DNA from: Thermoplasmata archaeon
GTDB lineage: Archaea > Thermoplasmatota > Thermoplasmata > Lutacidiplasmatales > UBA184
DNA length: 64,000 nucleotides
Direction of reading: 5' to 3'
Assembly (NCBI GenBank): GCA_035501555.1
Contig: DATJWA010000016.1
Coordinates: 44,316 to 108,315 of the forward strand
Below are positions 10,323-18,999 of this stretch, in pieces. The notes beneath the pieces were generated by a model that saw only the letters and a list, made by a program, of their open reading frames with translations, had not been told where the DNA came from and ran no database searches. Numbering within the stretch: position 1 is the first letter of the stretch; every line of letters starts with the position of its first letter. The position numbers and the translations under genes are program-made.

Positions 10323-11366
10323 CTACTTCGAGTCCGTCGCGCTGGGGGTCGAGGTCCGCACTCCACCTGTTCGATGGGCCGACTCCCAGAACAATAGGGT
10401 CAGCCCCCCGATCACGATCAAGAAGCCGCCCACCTCCCAGAACGTGAGCGGTTCTCCGAAAGCGCCGGAACCAATGACGACTCCGGCGAGAGGGACGAGG
10501 TAGGCCACGATGTTCGCCCGAACGGGGCCGACCCGATGATGCAGCGCAAAGTATCCGAAGTACCCGATGACCGAGGCGAGGAGCACGAGGGCCGCGAGCG
10601 AGTACAGGACCCCCGGCGTCGCCGGCAGGGCCTCGGGGAACGGGAGCAGCGCGCCGAGGCCGGCCAGCAGGAGGCCGGCGACCGCGAACTGGACCCCGAT
10701 CTGCCAAAGCCCCTGGCGACCCCTTCCGAGGCGACGCAGCAGTACGCTGCCGACGGCCGTGCTTAGATAGGCCCCCAGGACGAAGATCGGACCGGGCCAC
10801 GTCCCGATGGAGCTGCCGAAGAGCGAGGGGGCGACCAGGACGACCGCACCGGCAAACCCCAGCCCAAGACCGGCAAGGCCGAGCGCGCCGAATCTCTCCG
10901 ACGGGAGCAGAGAAAAGGCGACCACCACGGTGATGATCGGAGCCGTCGCGGCGAGGACCGCCGCGTAGCCCCCGGTCGTATACTGCTCCCCCCAGTAGAG
11001 GAGCCCCCCGTACATCCCGATGATCAGCACGCCCCCGATGCCCGCGGAGACGAGGGTCTCCCGGCCGGCAGGGATCGCCTCGCGACGCACCGCGGCCAGA
11101 GCGGCGAAGGCGACCGCCGACAACAGGTACCGGACCGCGGCGAAGAGGAGCGGAGATGCTCCGAAGACGATTCCCTCTCGAATGAACACATAGGCCGAGC
11201 CCCAGACGGTACCCACCAGGGCCAGAAGCGCGACATCGGAGGAAGTAAGCCGCGGGGCGCGAGCTTTCCCGCTCCCGGGTTCCGCTGCAGAGGCGCTGGT
11301 CGAGGGGGGCAACGCTCGTCGCCGCTCGGAACCGTGCTCGAGAGATATAGTTGGGGCCACCCCCAA
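10323..11366 (-). CDS. EamA/DMT-family (drug/metabolite) transporter
   Basis: 347-aa ORF with about ten hydrophobic helices in two similar halves, typical of EamA-repeat proteins (WGSAYVFIREGI..., YLVPLAGVVIGSGAFGEPLT). Confidence 0.8.
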   Translation of the reverse strand: MGVAPTISLEHGSERRRALPPSTSASAAEPGSGKARAPRLTSSDVALLALVGTVWGSAYVFIREGIVFGASPLLFAAVRYLLSAVAFAALAAVRREAIPAGRETLVSAGIGGVLIIGMYGGLLYWGEQYTTGGYAAVLAATAPIITVVVAFSLLPSERFGALGLAGLGLGFAGAVVLVAPSLFGSSIGTWPGPIFVLGAYLSTAVGSVLLRRLGRGRQGLWQIGVQFAVAGLLLAGLGALLPFPEALPATPGVLYSLAALVLLASVIGYFGYFALHHRVGPVRANIVAYLVPLAGVVIGSGAFGEPLTFWEVGGFLIVIGGLTLLFWESAHRTGGVRTSTPSATDSK

Positions 11367-11393
11367 CGGAACGCTATCGGTGGGTCGCGCGTT

Positions 11394-11951
11394 TCACGGC
11401 GTGGGATCGTCGTGCGACTCGCTCGCGATCGGGTCGCCCACCCGCACCCGACCGGCCTTCAGGACACGGGCATACCAGCCCCGCCGACCCATCATCAGCT
11501 TCATGAACTCCGGGCCCCGAGCGGCCCCCACGTAGGGCAGTAGGTACAGGTTGTCGCACGGGGTGCACGCCTTGGAGATCTGCACACGGGCACTGCCGAT
11601 ACGGAATCGGCTACCGGGGACGAACGCCTCGTAGTCCAACCCTTCGGAAGTGATGTTCTCCCCAAGGTCACCGGGCCGGACCGGCCACCCTTCGCGGCCG
11701 AGCCGCTGGATCGTCTCGACCGGGATGAGGAGCAGGGCCATGTCGGGATCGTCGTGCTTCTCCTCGTGGCGATACCGGTTGAAATCGCCCGCCAGTCCGG
11801 TCGCGGTGATCGTGGCTTCCGGGACCGACGACTTCGGCAATCCGCGCTCTTGGGAGCTCTTCGCCTTGAGGTTGAGCTGGCGGACCACGCCGCGCGCCCG
11901 GACGGGAGGGGACATGACCGGGGTCAGGGACGGGAGAGGAAAAGGACTCAC
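11394..11951 (-). CDS. MOSC-domain protein (YiiM-like)
   Basis: GDLGENITSEGLDYEAFVPGSRFRIGSARVQISKACTPCDNL...GWYARVLKAGRVRVGDPI matches the MOSC beta-barrel with its conserved Cys. Start is either GTG 11951 or ATG 11915. Confidence 0.8.
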   Translation of the reverse strand: MSPFPLPSLTPVMSPPVRARGVVRQLNLKAKSSQERGLPKSSVPEATITATGLAGDFNRYRHEEKHDDPDMALLLIPVETIQRLGREGWPVRPGDLGENITSEGLDYEAFVPGSRFRIGSARVQISKACTPCDNLYLLPYVGAARGPEFMKLMMGRRGWYARVLKAGRVRVGDPIASESHDDPTP

Positions 11952-12080
11952 CCGCGTGCCCGCCCGCTCGAGCGGGGCCTCCGCCGGGGGAACGGCGTCG
12001 CTTCGGGGCGAGAGCCTCTCCTCGATCGGCCCAAGGACGAGGCCTTAAGCGGGCCGGTCGGACTCCGGAGCGGGGTCTCG

Positions 12081-12857
12081 ATGGTCACCGACCCGATCCC
12101 GGGACGGGCGTCGCCGTCCACCCTCCAACTGATCCCCTCGGTGGAGGCGGTCCGGGCGGTCGAGCTCCCCGACCTATCGGACTTCTTCAATCCCTTCCTC
12201 CGGTCGTTCATGGAGGCGACCTGCCGGGTCGGGGGAGAGGTGGTCGTGGCGCGTGGCCCGACCGGTGTCGAGGGGTGCTCGCTGTACCATCCGGCGGAGC
12301 AGCTGGTCTCCCTGTTCACGCGAAGGCCGGCCGTGGCGATGTCGTTGCTGGAGCGGAGGAGCCGAGTGGAGGTGTTCTCCGAGCTCCCGCTTGGCCCCGG
12401 GGCAGAGGTCTACTACGTCTACGAGGCCGACCTCGGAGCGAGCGGGGCCAGCCATCGATTCGCCCACACCGTACGGGAGGTCCGTCCCGAGGACCGCGCG
12501 CCGCTGCTCTCGCTCCTTCGCGAGCTGTACGGCCGGGTGGATGAGGAGTGGTTCCGCCCGATCCCGGCCCCGCCCGAGAAGGGGTTCGCGATCGAGGTCG
12601 ACGGACGGATCGCCGGCGCGGGATGGGTCTCGCTGGTCGGAGGGCACGCTCGGTTCCACACGCTCTCGGTCCGCCCCCGGTGTCGGCGCCTCGGGGTGGG
12701 GACCGACCTCTGGCACGCACGCGCGCAGTATGCCCGGGCACGGGGCGCCCAGAAGGCGCTGATGGAAGTCTCCGAGAACAACCGCGCGTCGCAAGCCATC
12801 GCGACCGCCGGCGGGATGCGCCGGGTCGGGCAGATGTACCGAGCCTACCGTCCGTGA
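12081..12857 (+). CDS. GNAT-family N-acetyltransferase
   Basis: The C-terminal half carries the acetyl-CoA binding motif (LSVRPRCRRLGVGTDLWHARAQYARARG). I start it at ATG 12081 (MVTDPIPG...). The longer ORF from 11754 overlaps the MOSC gene in antisense. Confidence 0.7.
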   Translation: MVTDPIPGRASPSTLQLIPSVEAVRAVELPDLSDFFNPFLRSFMEATCRVGGEVVVARGPTGVEGCSLYHPAEQLVSLFTRRPAVAMSLLERRSRVEVFSELPLGPGAEVYYVYEADLGASGASHRFAHTVREVRPEDRAPLLSLLRELYGRVDEEWFRPIPAPPEKGFAIEVDGRIAGAGWVSLVGGHARFHTLSVRPRCRRLGVGTDLWHARAQYARARGAQKALMEVSENNRASQAIATAGGMRRVGQMYRAYRP

Positions 12858-12872
12858 GGGCCCGCCGACCGG

Positions 12873-13952
12873 CTACGTCCTGGGCGCTCCGCAGTTCGGA
12901 CAGACGGTGGCGGTGGAGTCGATGAGGGTGCCGCAGTAGCGGCAGTTGACCTTCACCGTCTCCCGGACCACCACCTGCTGGACCGCGGGCTGCTGCACCC
13001 CGGTCAGGTGGATGGGAGGGGGAGCCGGCCCCGACGGGGGCGGCGGCGCGTACACCGGGTCGGTCCCGTACTCGACCCGCCCGCCCGCAGAGTGACGGGG
13101 CAGGGAGGAGTGCCGACGGGCTCGAAGGGCCGCGACGACCACCACCACGATGACGACGATGACGATGAGGACGACCGCCAGGATCAGCAGGTAGGAATCG
13201 CCGGAGCCGGATCCTGTCGACCCGCCCGAGGAGGGGGGGCTGGCCGCCGTGAGCGCGTACGTAGTCGAGGTCACCGACAGAACATCGGTGTACGTGAACC
13301 CGTCGCCGGAGGAGTTCGAGTCGTGCTCGGTGTACAGGTACCCGACGATGTAGCCGGTCGACGGGTCGAAGTACGACTGCCAGGTGTAGGAGGCATCGAA
13401 GTCGCCGTAGCTGTCGTCGCGGACGTACTGGCTGCTCCCGTCGGTGTAGATCGTCTTCACGTACCGGGACGGGTCGTTCGGGAACTGGTAGGTCTGGTTG
13501 GTCGACACCACGCTGCAGTAGGTGTTCAGCAGCTCGACCGTGCTTCCCGTCGGTGCGGAGCTGTTGATGTAGAACCAGACGGTCGGGTTGGTGTACCCGG
13601 TCTGGTTGTCGGTTCCCTGGACGTACAGAAAGCTCCCCGCGGAGAAGGTGAAGGTCCCCTGGGTGCTTCCCGCGAGGTACCCCCCCGAGTTGTTGGAGTA
13701 GGTCCACGTGTTCGCGAAGGTCGCGGACTCGGTCCCGTTCGGGGCGACCGCGGTCACCCCGACCGAGCCGTTGATGAACGTCGCCTCGGTGTACCCCTGA
13801 TAGTCCCCGACGCCGTCGCCGACGGTGATCTCCTCGGAATAGTGGAACCCGTCGCCGGCCTGCGGAACGTAATGACCGCCGGGCGCGGCGACCGCCGGGG
13901 CGGCGAGCGAGACCAGCAGGACCAGGCCGAGAAGACCGTAGGCGGCCCTCAC
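12873..13952 (-). CDS. Secreted/single-pass membrane protein with C-terminal cytoplasmic zinc ribbon (unknown family)
   Basis: The GTG start at 13952 overlaps the upstream stop (GTGA). The protein has a signal peptide (RAAYGLLGLVLLVSLAAPAVAAP), an N-glycosylation-rich beta-type ectodomain, a TM helix (LLILAVVLIVIVVIVVVVVAAL), a Pro-rich tail and CRYCG-x10-CPNCG at the C-terminus. The remaining ~300 upstream codons of the 658-aa ORF are an out-of-frame shadow of the neighbouring gene. Confidence 0.6.
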   Translation of the reverse strand: MRAAYGLLGLVLLVSLAAPAVAAPGGHYVPQAGDGFHYSEEITVGDGVGDYQGYTEATFINGSVGVTAVAPNGTESATFANTWTYSNNSGGYLAGSTQGTFTFSAGSFLYVQGTDNQTGYTNPTVWFYINSSAPTGSTVELLNTYCSVVSTNQTYQFPNDPSRYVKTIYTDGSSQYVRDDSYGDFDASYTWQSYFDPSTGYIVGYLYTEHDSNSSGDGFTYTDVLSVTSTTYALTAASPPSSGGSTGSGSGDSYLLILAVVLIVIVVIVVVVVAALRARRHSSLPRHSAGGRVEYGTDPVYAPPPPSGPAPPPIHLTGVQQPAVQQVVVRETVKVNCRYCGTLIDSTATVCPNCGAPRT

Positions 13953-15478
13953 CCCGCGAATCCCCCTCCCATCACATGGGCATGGCCGGGATGGACCCCC
14001 CCGACCCCGCTGAAGGTCGAGAAGTACGAGCCGTGGGCCACGATAACCGGTACGAAGAAGAACCGCGGGCCGTACATGTAACCCATCGGCGCGGGCGGCA
14101 CCGCGCGGGCCGCTGCCGTCGTGTCGAGCTGGCCGATCGTCTCGTCTCGGATCCCGTGGATCACCCGTACCGCCAGGCAGATCAGCTCCGGCTCGGACAT
14201 CGGCATCGCCCGGCGCCCGACGACCTCGTAGGCCTTCTCGAGCAGGCTGAGGGTCTCGTTCGCCTCCAGGGTCGGGATCGCGGCGAGGATCGCGGAGGCG
14301 ACGAGGGGATACTGAAGGTACGTCCCCATGCCGCGGGTGATGATCCCGAGCTTCGTGTCGAGTCCCTGCACGGGCAGCTCGGAGAGGGAGAGGAAGGCGC
14401 TCGCCAGCTCGACGTCCTCCGACGCGGAGAACCCCCAGCTGTTGAACAAGCCTCGCAGGGTCGAGAACTTCTGCCAGAGGTCCTGTATCGGCTGGTTGAC
14501 GATCGCCAACAGCGCCGCCGACTCGTACGACTTCGTCATCTGGAGGAAGCTCGGGAGGGTCGAGGTGGCGTAGGTGCCGTCCTGCCGCCGACCGAGGAGC
14601 ATCATCGACGCGACGCCCAGCGAGGACTCCTTGGGCACGCCGAGGTGTCGCACCTCCTTCTCGAGCTCCTCGAGCTGGGGGATGCTGGCATCCAGCCCCT
14701 GCGGAACGGCGGTCACGATCTCGGCCGACATCAATCGGTTCTCCTCGTTCGACGTGAGGTGATGGAGCGCGCTCCACGCGTCCAGGAGCGCCTGGGCGCC
14801 CTGGGCGACGTTCGGCTGCAATTTGGCTAGCCCGAGGGAGGTCGCCCACACCTCGGAACGGTCGTAGGCGACCAGCGGGGCCGCCAGGCTCGCCGCGTAC
14901 TGGGCGCCCCGGTCGGAGAGCTCGTTGAGCTCCCGGTCGATCTGCTGGCTCTGCTGGATGTACGTCGCGAAGGGAACGTCGGAGATGCGGTACATCCGCA
15001 CGGTCATGTCCCGTAGCTCGACCATACCCGCACCCGTGAGACCGACGTAGCCACCGGCAGACGGCACGAGGGTGTCGAGGAACGACTTCTTGGCGAGCAA
15101 CTGGTTGAACTGCTGCTCGCGCGTGGCCTCCTCCCCGGTGGCGGCCTGGAGCGCGGCGCGGTCCTGGGCCTCCTGCTGGAGCGCCGCGGTCTTCTTGTCG
15201 TGCCCCTCGAACGCGAAGCGGATCGAGTGGGTCTTGGCGTCTTCCTGCTGGACGACGTACGAGAGGCGGTCGCGTTCCTGGTCCTCCTGAGCGATCGCCG
15301 CGCGGCTCGCGTCCAGGCTCGCGACCTCGCTCTGCGCGGCGGCATACTGGTCGGCCGCGAGGGTCTGCACGAGGTTCATCTGCTGAAGCAGCGCGAGGTC
15401 CTCGGGGGCCAGCGTGGCCGAGACCTGCCGGTTCCGGATCCCGCTCAGGAAATCGTAGACCGCCTGGGAGTTCGTCAT
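13949..15478 (-). CDS. Hypothetical 509-aa protein: coiled-coil N-terminus plus large helical domain
   Basis: Clean protein-like composition. The N-terminal ~130 aa are Q/E/A-rich. The long helical body ends in GVGGVHPGHAHVMGGGFAG. It is translationally coupled on both sides. I recognise no family. Confidence 0.65.
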   Translation of the reverse strand: MTNSQAVYDFLSGIRNRQVSATLAPEDLALLQQMNLVQTLAADQYAAAQSEVASLDASRAAIAQEDQERDRLSYVVQQEDAKTHSIRFAFEGHDKKTAALQQEAQDRAALQAATGEEATREQQFNQLLAKKSFLDTLVPSAGGYVGLTGAGMVELRDMTVRMYRISDVPFATYIQQSQQIDRELNELSDRGAQYAASLAAPLVAYDRSEVWATSLGLAKLQPNVAQGAQALLDAWSALHHLTSNEENRLMSAEIVTAVPQGLDASIPQLEELEKEVRHLGVPKESSLGVASMMLLGRRQDGTYATSTLPSFLQMTKSYESAALLAIVNQPIQDLWQKFSTLRGLFNSWGFSASEDVELASAFLSLSELPVQGLDTKLGIITRGMGTYLQYPLVASAILAAIPTLEANETLSLLEKAYEVVGRRAMPMSEPELICLAVRVIHGIRDETIGQLDTTAAARAVPPAPMGYMYGPRFFFVPVIVAHGSYFSTFSGVGGVHPGHAHVMGGGFAG

Positions 15479-15479
15479 G

Positions 15480-16652
15480 TTACGATTCGACCGCCGGGAA
15501 GGTCAGATACAGCGCCTCCTCTTCACCCTTGTTCCGGACCACAAAGTCGAGCCGGCTACCGGCGCGGCGGAGCCGTACGAACGGGTCGTCCCGCAGCGCG
15601 GCCCGCAGCAGGGTCTCGAAGCGCTGCTTCCGATCGGCGCTCTGCCCAAAGCGTCGCTGGCGCTCGCCCTCGATCTGCTCGTAGCCGAACGTCATCTCGT
15701 AGAGGGAACGGTACACCTGGTCCTCCAGCTTCTCGCGGACCGACTCCCGGGGCACGACGACGCTCTCGATCCCCTCGAGGTCCACGAAGTAGACCGACCC
15801 GTTCGGGGCCAGCACCGCGTCCTTGTCGAGCCAGACGTCGTAGAAGTCGAGCCCGCGGAAGGTCCCTGGGGTAGGCCCCGCCTCCATCGTCCGGGCGAAC
15901 AGGGTGAGCATCGACACGGTGCTTCGGAGGAAGTTCGTCTCGAACGCGGTCGCCCGGCGGTCGGAGTCCACCGAGAAGCGGTCGAAGACGTGCCGAACGT
16001 TGGTCCCTAGGGTGTTCTTTGCGTGAAAATAGACCCGTAGGTTGGAGGGAACCAGTCGCAGCTCCTGGACCATCCGCCCCGAGAACCTCCGGTACCAGTA
16101 GAGCTCCCGCAGGTGCGCCTCCAGCGACCTCGGCAGGAAGCAGACCTTCACGACCGGGGCGATCAGGAAGCCGTGCAACGACGTGAGGTCGGCCCGCGCG
16201 GAGACGCCGAGCGCGGTCGCGGCGTGCTCGAGCCCCTGCCCCCCGTAGGGTGAGCCCCGGAGCCAGAGCTCGCCCGTGATCAACCGGTCCGAGCGGCTGG
16301 GAGGCTCGGAACGGAGAGTCCTCTGGACGTCGGGCTCGGGAGTGAGCTCGGCCCCATACCAACGGTCGAGGGGCCGCCAGGAGTACGGGTCCGTTGCCGA
16401 GCCGATGCCCTTGACCGAGAGGTAGAACGCCTGGCCGTCGAGCGTGGCGATCGGGTCGGGGAGGATCGCGCCCCGGTTGTCGTCCTCGATGAACTGTTCC
16501 ACCCGCACCGGGGGCTCGGGGAGGAGCTGGCTGACCGGGCGGGGCAGATAGACCACGTCCAGCGACCCCAGGGCGTGGGAGGCGAACTGCCGGTTGGTCT
16601 GGCTCTCGGCCGGGTGGGCGCGGAGTTCGAGCGGCATCCCTTCGAGACGCAT
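15480..16652 (-). CDS. Hypothetical 390-aa soluble protein (possible nucleotide-dependent enzyme)
   Basis: I start it at ATG 16652 (MRLEGMPLEL...). The upstream 231 codons of the 621-aa ORF are Arg/Gly-rich and antisense to the 16728 gene. Motifs YLSVKGIG and FYDVWLDKDAVLAPNGSVYFVDLEG weakly recall kinase-like or ATP-grasp-like active-site loops. A TAA-c-ATG junction links it to the next gene. Confidence 0.65.
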   Translation of the reverse strand: MRLEGMPLELRAHPAESQTNRQFASHALGSLDVVYLPRPVSQLLPEPPVRVEQFIEDDNRGAILPDPIATLDGQAFYLSVKGIGSATDPYSWRPLDRWYGAELTPEPDVQRTLRSEPPSRSDRLITGELWLRGSPYGGQGLEHAATALGVSARADLTSLHGFLIAPVVKVCFLPRSLEAHLRELYWYRRFSGRMVQELRLVPSNLRVYFHAKNTLGTNVRHVFDRFSVDSDRRATAFETNFLRSTVSMLTLFARTMEAGPTPGTFRGLDFYDVWLDKDAVLAPNGSVYFVDLEGIESVVVPRESVREKLEDQVYRSLYEMTFGYEQIEGERQRRFGQSADRKQRFETLLRAALRDDPFVRLRRAGSRLDFVVRNKGEEEALYLTFPAVES

Positions 16653-16697
16653 GCTCCCCGGGCCACCCTCCCCCGGGCCGGGCCTAGACCCGGGGTG

Positions 16698-16707
16698 GAT
16701 AAGTATC
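16698..16707. promoter_or_regulatory. TATA-like element (gataagtatc) in the 75-bp divergent spacer
   Basis: Its centre is about 26 nt upstream of ATG 16728 on the plus strand and about 50 nt from ATG 16652 on the minus strand. A GGAGG-like stretch (gggggagggtgg) precedes the 16652 ATG on the minus strand. Confidence 0.4.
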
Positions 16708-16727
16708 GGTCTACTCTCGTGGGGTGG

Positions 16728-17336
16728 ATGGCCGGTCAGTTCTGCAGCCACTGCGGAGGACAGAATCCCCCGGGGGCCGCGTTCTGTCAATACTGTGGGA
16801 GCGCGATGGCGACCTCCGCTTCGGCCCCCCTCCCACCGAGCGGCCCGACTCCCCCACCCATCCCAGCGGCCGCACCGCCCTCCTGGGGACCCTCCGGCTA
16901 CAGCGGCGGTGCGCAAGCCCCCCGCCGCCGCCCCTCGGCCCTTCGCATCGTCGCCATCGTGATCGTGGTGGTCCTGATGATCGCCATCCTCGCCTACCTC
17001 CTCCTCCCCACGTCCTCGCCCGCCGGTCCCGTCGACGTGACCCTCATCGCGTTCCAGTCCGCCGACAACACCTGCGGCTTGGACGGGATCGAGTATTACG
17101 GCTTCAACGCGAGCCTGAGTTCGTCGGTCTCCCTCGAGTTTGCGATGAACAATTCGAACGCCTCGGCCGCCCAGTGCACCATCCACACGGTCGCGACCAC
17201 GACCCCCGGATTCAGCATCGGGGGCGCTAGCCCGCTCCCCTGCGTGATCCCGGCGTCCGAGACGGTCACCTGGACGCTGACCGTGAACGTGCCCAGTTCG
17301 GACTACACCGGGGTCCTGACGCTCGTCGTGACCTGA
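16728..17336 (+). CDS. Single-pass membrane protein with N-terminal zinc ribbon (unknown family)
   Basis: MAGQFCSHCGG-x-CQYCG (CxxC-x10-CxxC), then a Pro-rich linker, a TM helix (IVAIVIVVVLMIAILAYLLL) and a beta-rich ectodomain with NxS/T sites. Confidence 0.6.
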   Translation: MAGQFCSHCGGQNPPGAAFCQYCGSAMATSASAPLPPSGPTPPPIPAAAPPSWGPSGYSGGAQAPRRRPSALRIVAIVIVVVLMIAILAYLLLPTSSPAGPVDVTLIAFQSADNTCGLDGIEYYGFNASLSSSVSLEFAMNNSNASAAQCTIHTVATTTPGFSIGGASPLPCVIPASETVTWTLTVNVPSSDYTGVLTLVVT

Positions 17337-17401
17337 CGCGCGCAACCGCCGAGACCTCCGGCGGTAGAACCGCCCATGTTGGGCCGGTCACTCGTGGGTG
17401 A

Positions 17402-18607
17402 TCACGTGCGCATGAGGCCCGCTCGGTCCCGAGGTGCCGACGGGCCGAGGGCAGCGGCGCTCACGAGCTTGGCGGCGACCGCGATCGCGCTGATCGCCTC
17501 GTTCGCACCGGCCTTGCGGAGCTTCGAGACGTTACCGGGAATCGTCGCGACCGCCACGATTCGAAGACGGCCTTCGATCCCGCGGGCGGTGATGACCGTG
17601 AGGAGGTTCTCCGCGTCTGAGTCGTCGGCCGCGACCAGCGCCCGAGCCCGTGTGATCCCGACCGCCCTCAGGTCGTCCTCGGAGGAGCTCTCCCCGAGCT
17701 CGGTCGCAAACCCCTCCGCCCTCAGCCGCTCGACCGCGCGCGCGTCGGGCGAGAGGATGACCGCCGCGACGCCGCTGTCGCGCAGGGCTTCGGCGGCCGC
17801 GCGTGCCGTGGTCGACGCGCCGCAGACGATGATGTGGTCGTTGAGTTCCTCCATCTGGGCTCGCTGCAGTCGCTGGGCGATCCGTTCCAACCGGCGCTCA
17901 AGGAACGGTTGGAACAGGACGACCACGGCCGATAAGAACGTTCCCACCCCGAGGAGGATCAGGACGACGACGAAGTACCGGGCCCCATCCGAGGTCGGCG
18001 AGAACCCCGACCCGTTGGTCGAGATGGTGGTGATGGTGAAGTAGAGCGACGTGCTCCACCCGTGGACGGACGGGGAGAACTGGTCCCCCAGATACTGGGC
18101 CCCGACCATCCCGAAGAGGAGCGAGAGAATCGCGGCGACCATCACCATCAGTTGCGTGGAGGCCGGCCCGGTGATCGGCCCCCGGTAGAGGCCCCCCCGG
18201 TAGGGCAGGATCAGCGCCACCAGAGCCGTGGCCGCGACCGCGGAGGCGAGCGAGAAGACGTTCGGGCTGAACACCGCGATGAGGACCGTCAGGATGGGGG
18301 CGAGCAGCGAGAAGAACCAGGCGACGATGCTCTGCTCCCCGATACGGAACGACAACGCAAGGAGCAGCACCCCCATCAGCGCGTCCACCGGGGGGTCGTA
18401 CCCTGCGAGCGAGTCGCGATAGAAATCCGGGGTCACCAGGATGGCCGAAAGGAATCCCATGATCACGAGGAAAAACCCAGTCCCGGCCGTCGCAAAGGTG
18501 AGGGTCCGTCCACGCTCCCGCACGAGGGTCCGAAACGACGGGGGGGCGATTTCGTCCGTGGAGCCGGAACCGGCCCCCGGCTCCTCCGACGTCATCGATT
18601 GACCCAC
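17402..18607 (-). CDS. Potassium-channel-family protein with C-terminal RCK/TrkA-N domain
   Basis: Hydrophobic helices, a pore-helix/filter region (SLYFTITTISTNGSGFSP), an inner helix, then a Rossmann-like RCK domain (HIIVCGASTTARAAAEALRDSGVAAVIL...ALVAADDSDAENL). Confidence 0.8.
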   Translation of the reverse strand: MGQSMTSEEPGAGSGSTDEIAPPSFRTLVRERGRTLTFATAGTGFFLVIMGFLSAILVTPDFYRDSLAGYDPPVDALMGVLLLALSFRIGEQSIVAWFFSLLAPILTVLIAVFSPNVFSLASAVAATALVALILPYRGGLYRGPITGPASTQLMVMVAAILSLLFGMVGAQYLGDQFSPSVHGWSTSLYFTITTISTNGSGFSPTSDGARYFVVVLILLGVGTFLSAVVVLFQPFLERRLERIAQRLQRAQMEELNDHIIVCGASTTARAAAEALRDSGVAAVILSPDARAVERLRAEGFATELGESSSEDDLRAVGITRARALVAADDSDAENLLTVITARGIEGRLRIVAVATIPGNVSKLRKAGANEAISAIAVAAKLVSAAALGPSAPRDRAGLMRT

Positions 18608-18999
18608 GTGAATCGGCTAGAAATACGCGACGAGCGGAGGAGAAACCGGCTCCCCCGGCACGAGCCCGCCTGCGCCGCCACGAGAGGGCGGAAGTCCATC
18701 GCCCGCGCGTCGACCGGGTCCACCTTCGCCCACAGAGCACAGCGGTGGTCGGACTGCGCGGCGTCTTCTTCGACCCGACGGATTCGCGGGTTGACCCGTG
18801 GGCGGTCGGGTCCCCGGTCAGCCACGACTGCCCCCTCCCCGCGGCGAGGTCACGCGTCTTCCGGCCGCTGCGTTCGGCGGTCTCTTCCGGGGGGCGTGGC
18901 ACTCTGGCACGCCGACCGGAGGAGTGATAAGGCCCCCGCGGTGGGTTTGAGCGACGGAATCGCCATCGACCTACCCAGATCGGGGCGCCCGCAGCGAAC

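Noticed and set aside
10219-10800. N-terminal 194 codons of the 667-aa ORF 8797-10800.
   Set aside because: They overlap the well-supported EamA transporter gene in another frame and are Arg/Pro/Gly-rich. A GTG with a properly spaced TATA box gives a binding protein of normal size.
16653-17345. N-terminal 231 codons of the 621-aa ORF 15480-17345.
   Set aside because: Arg/Gly/Asp-rich composition, antisense to the zinc-ribbon membrane protein gene at 16728-17336. The ATG at 16652 is preceded by a GGAGG-like tract.
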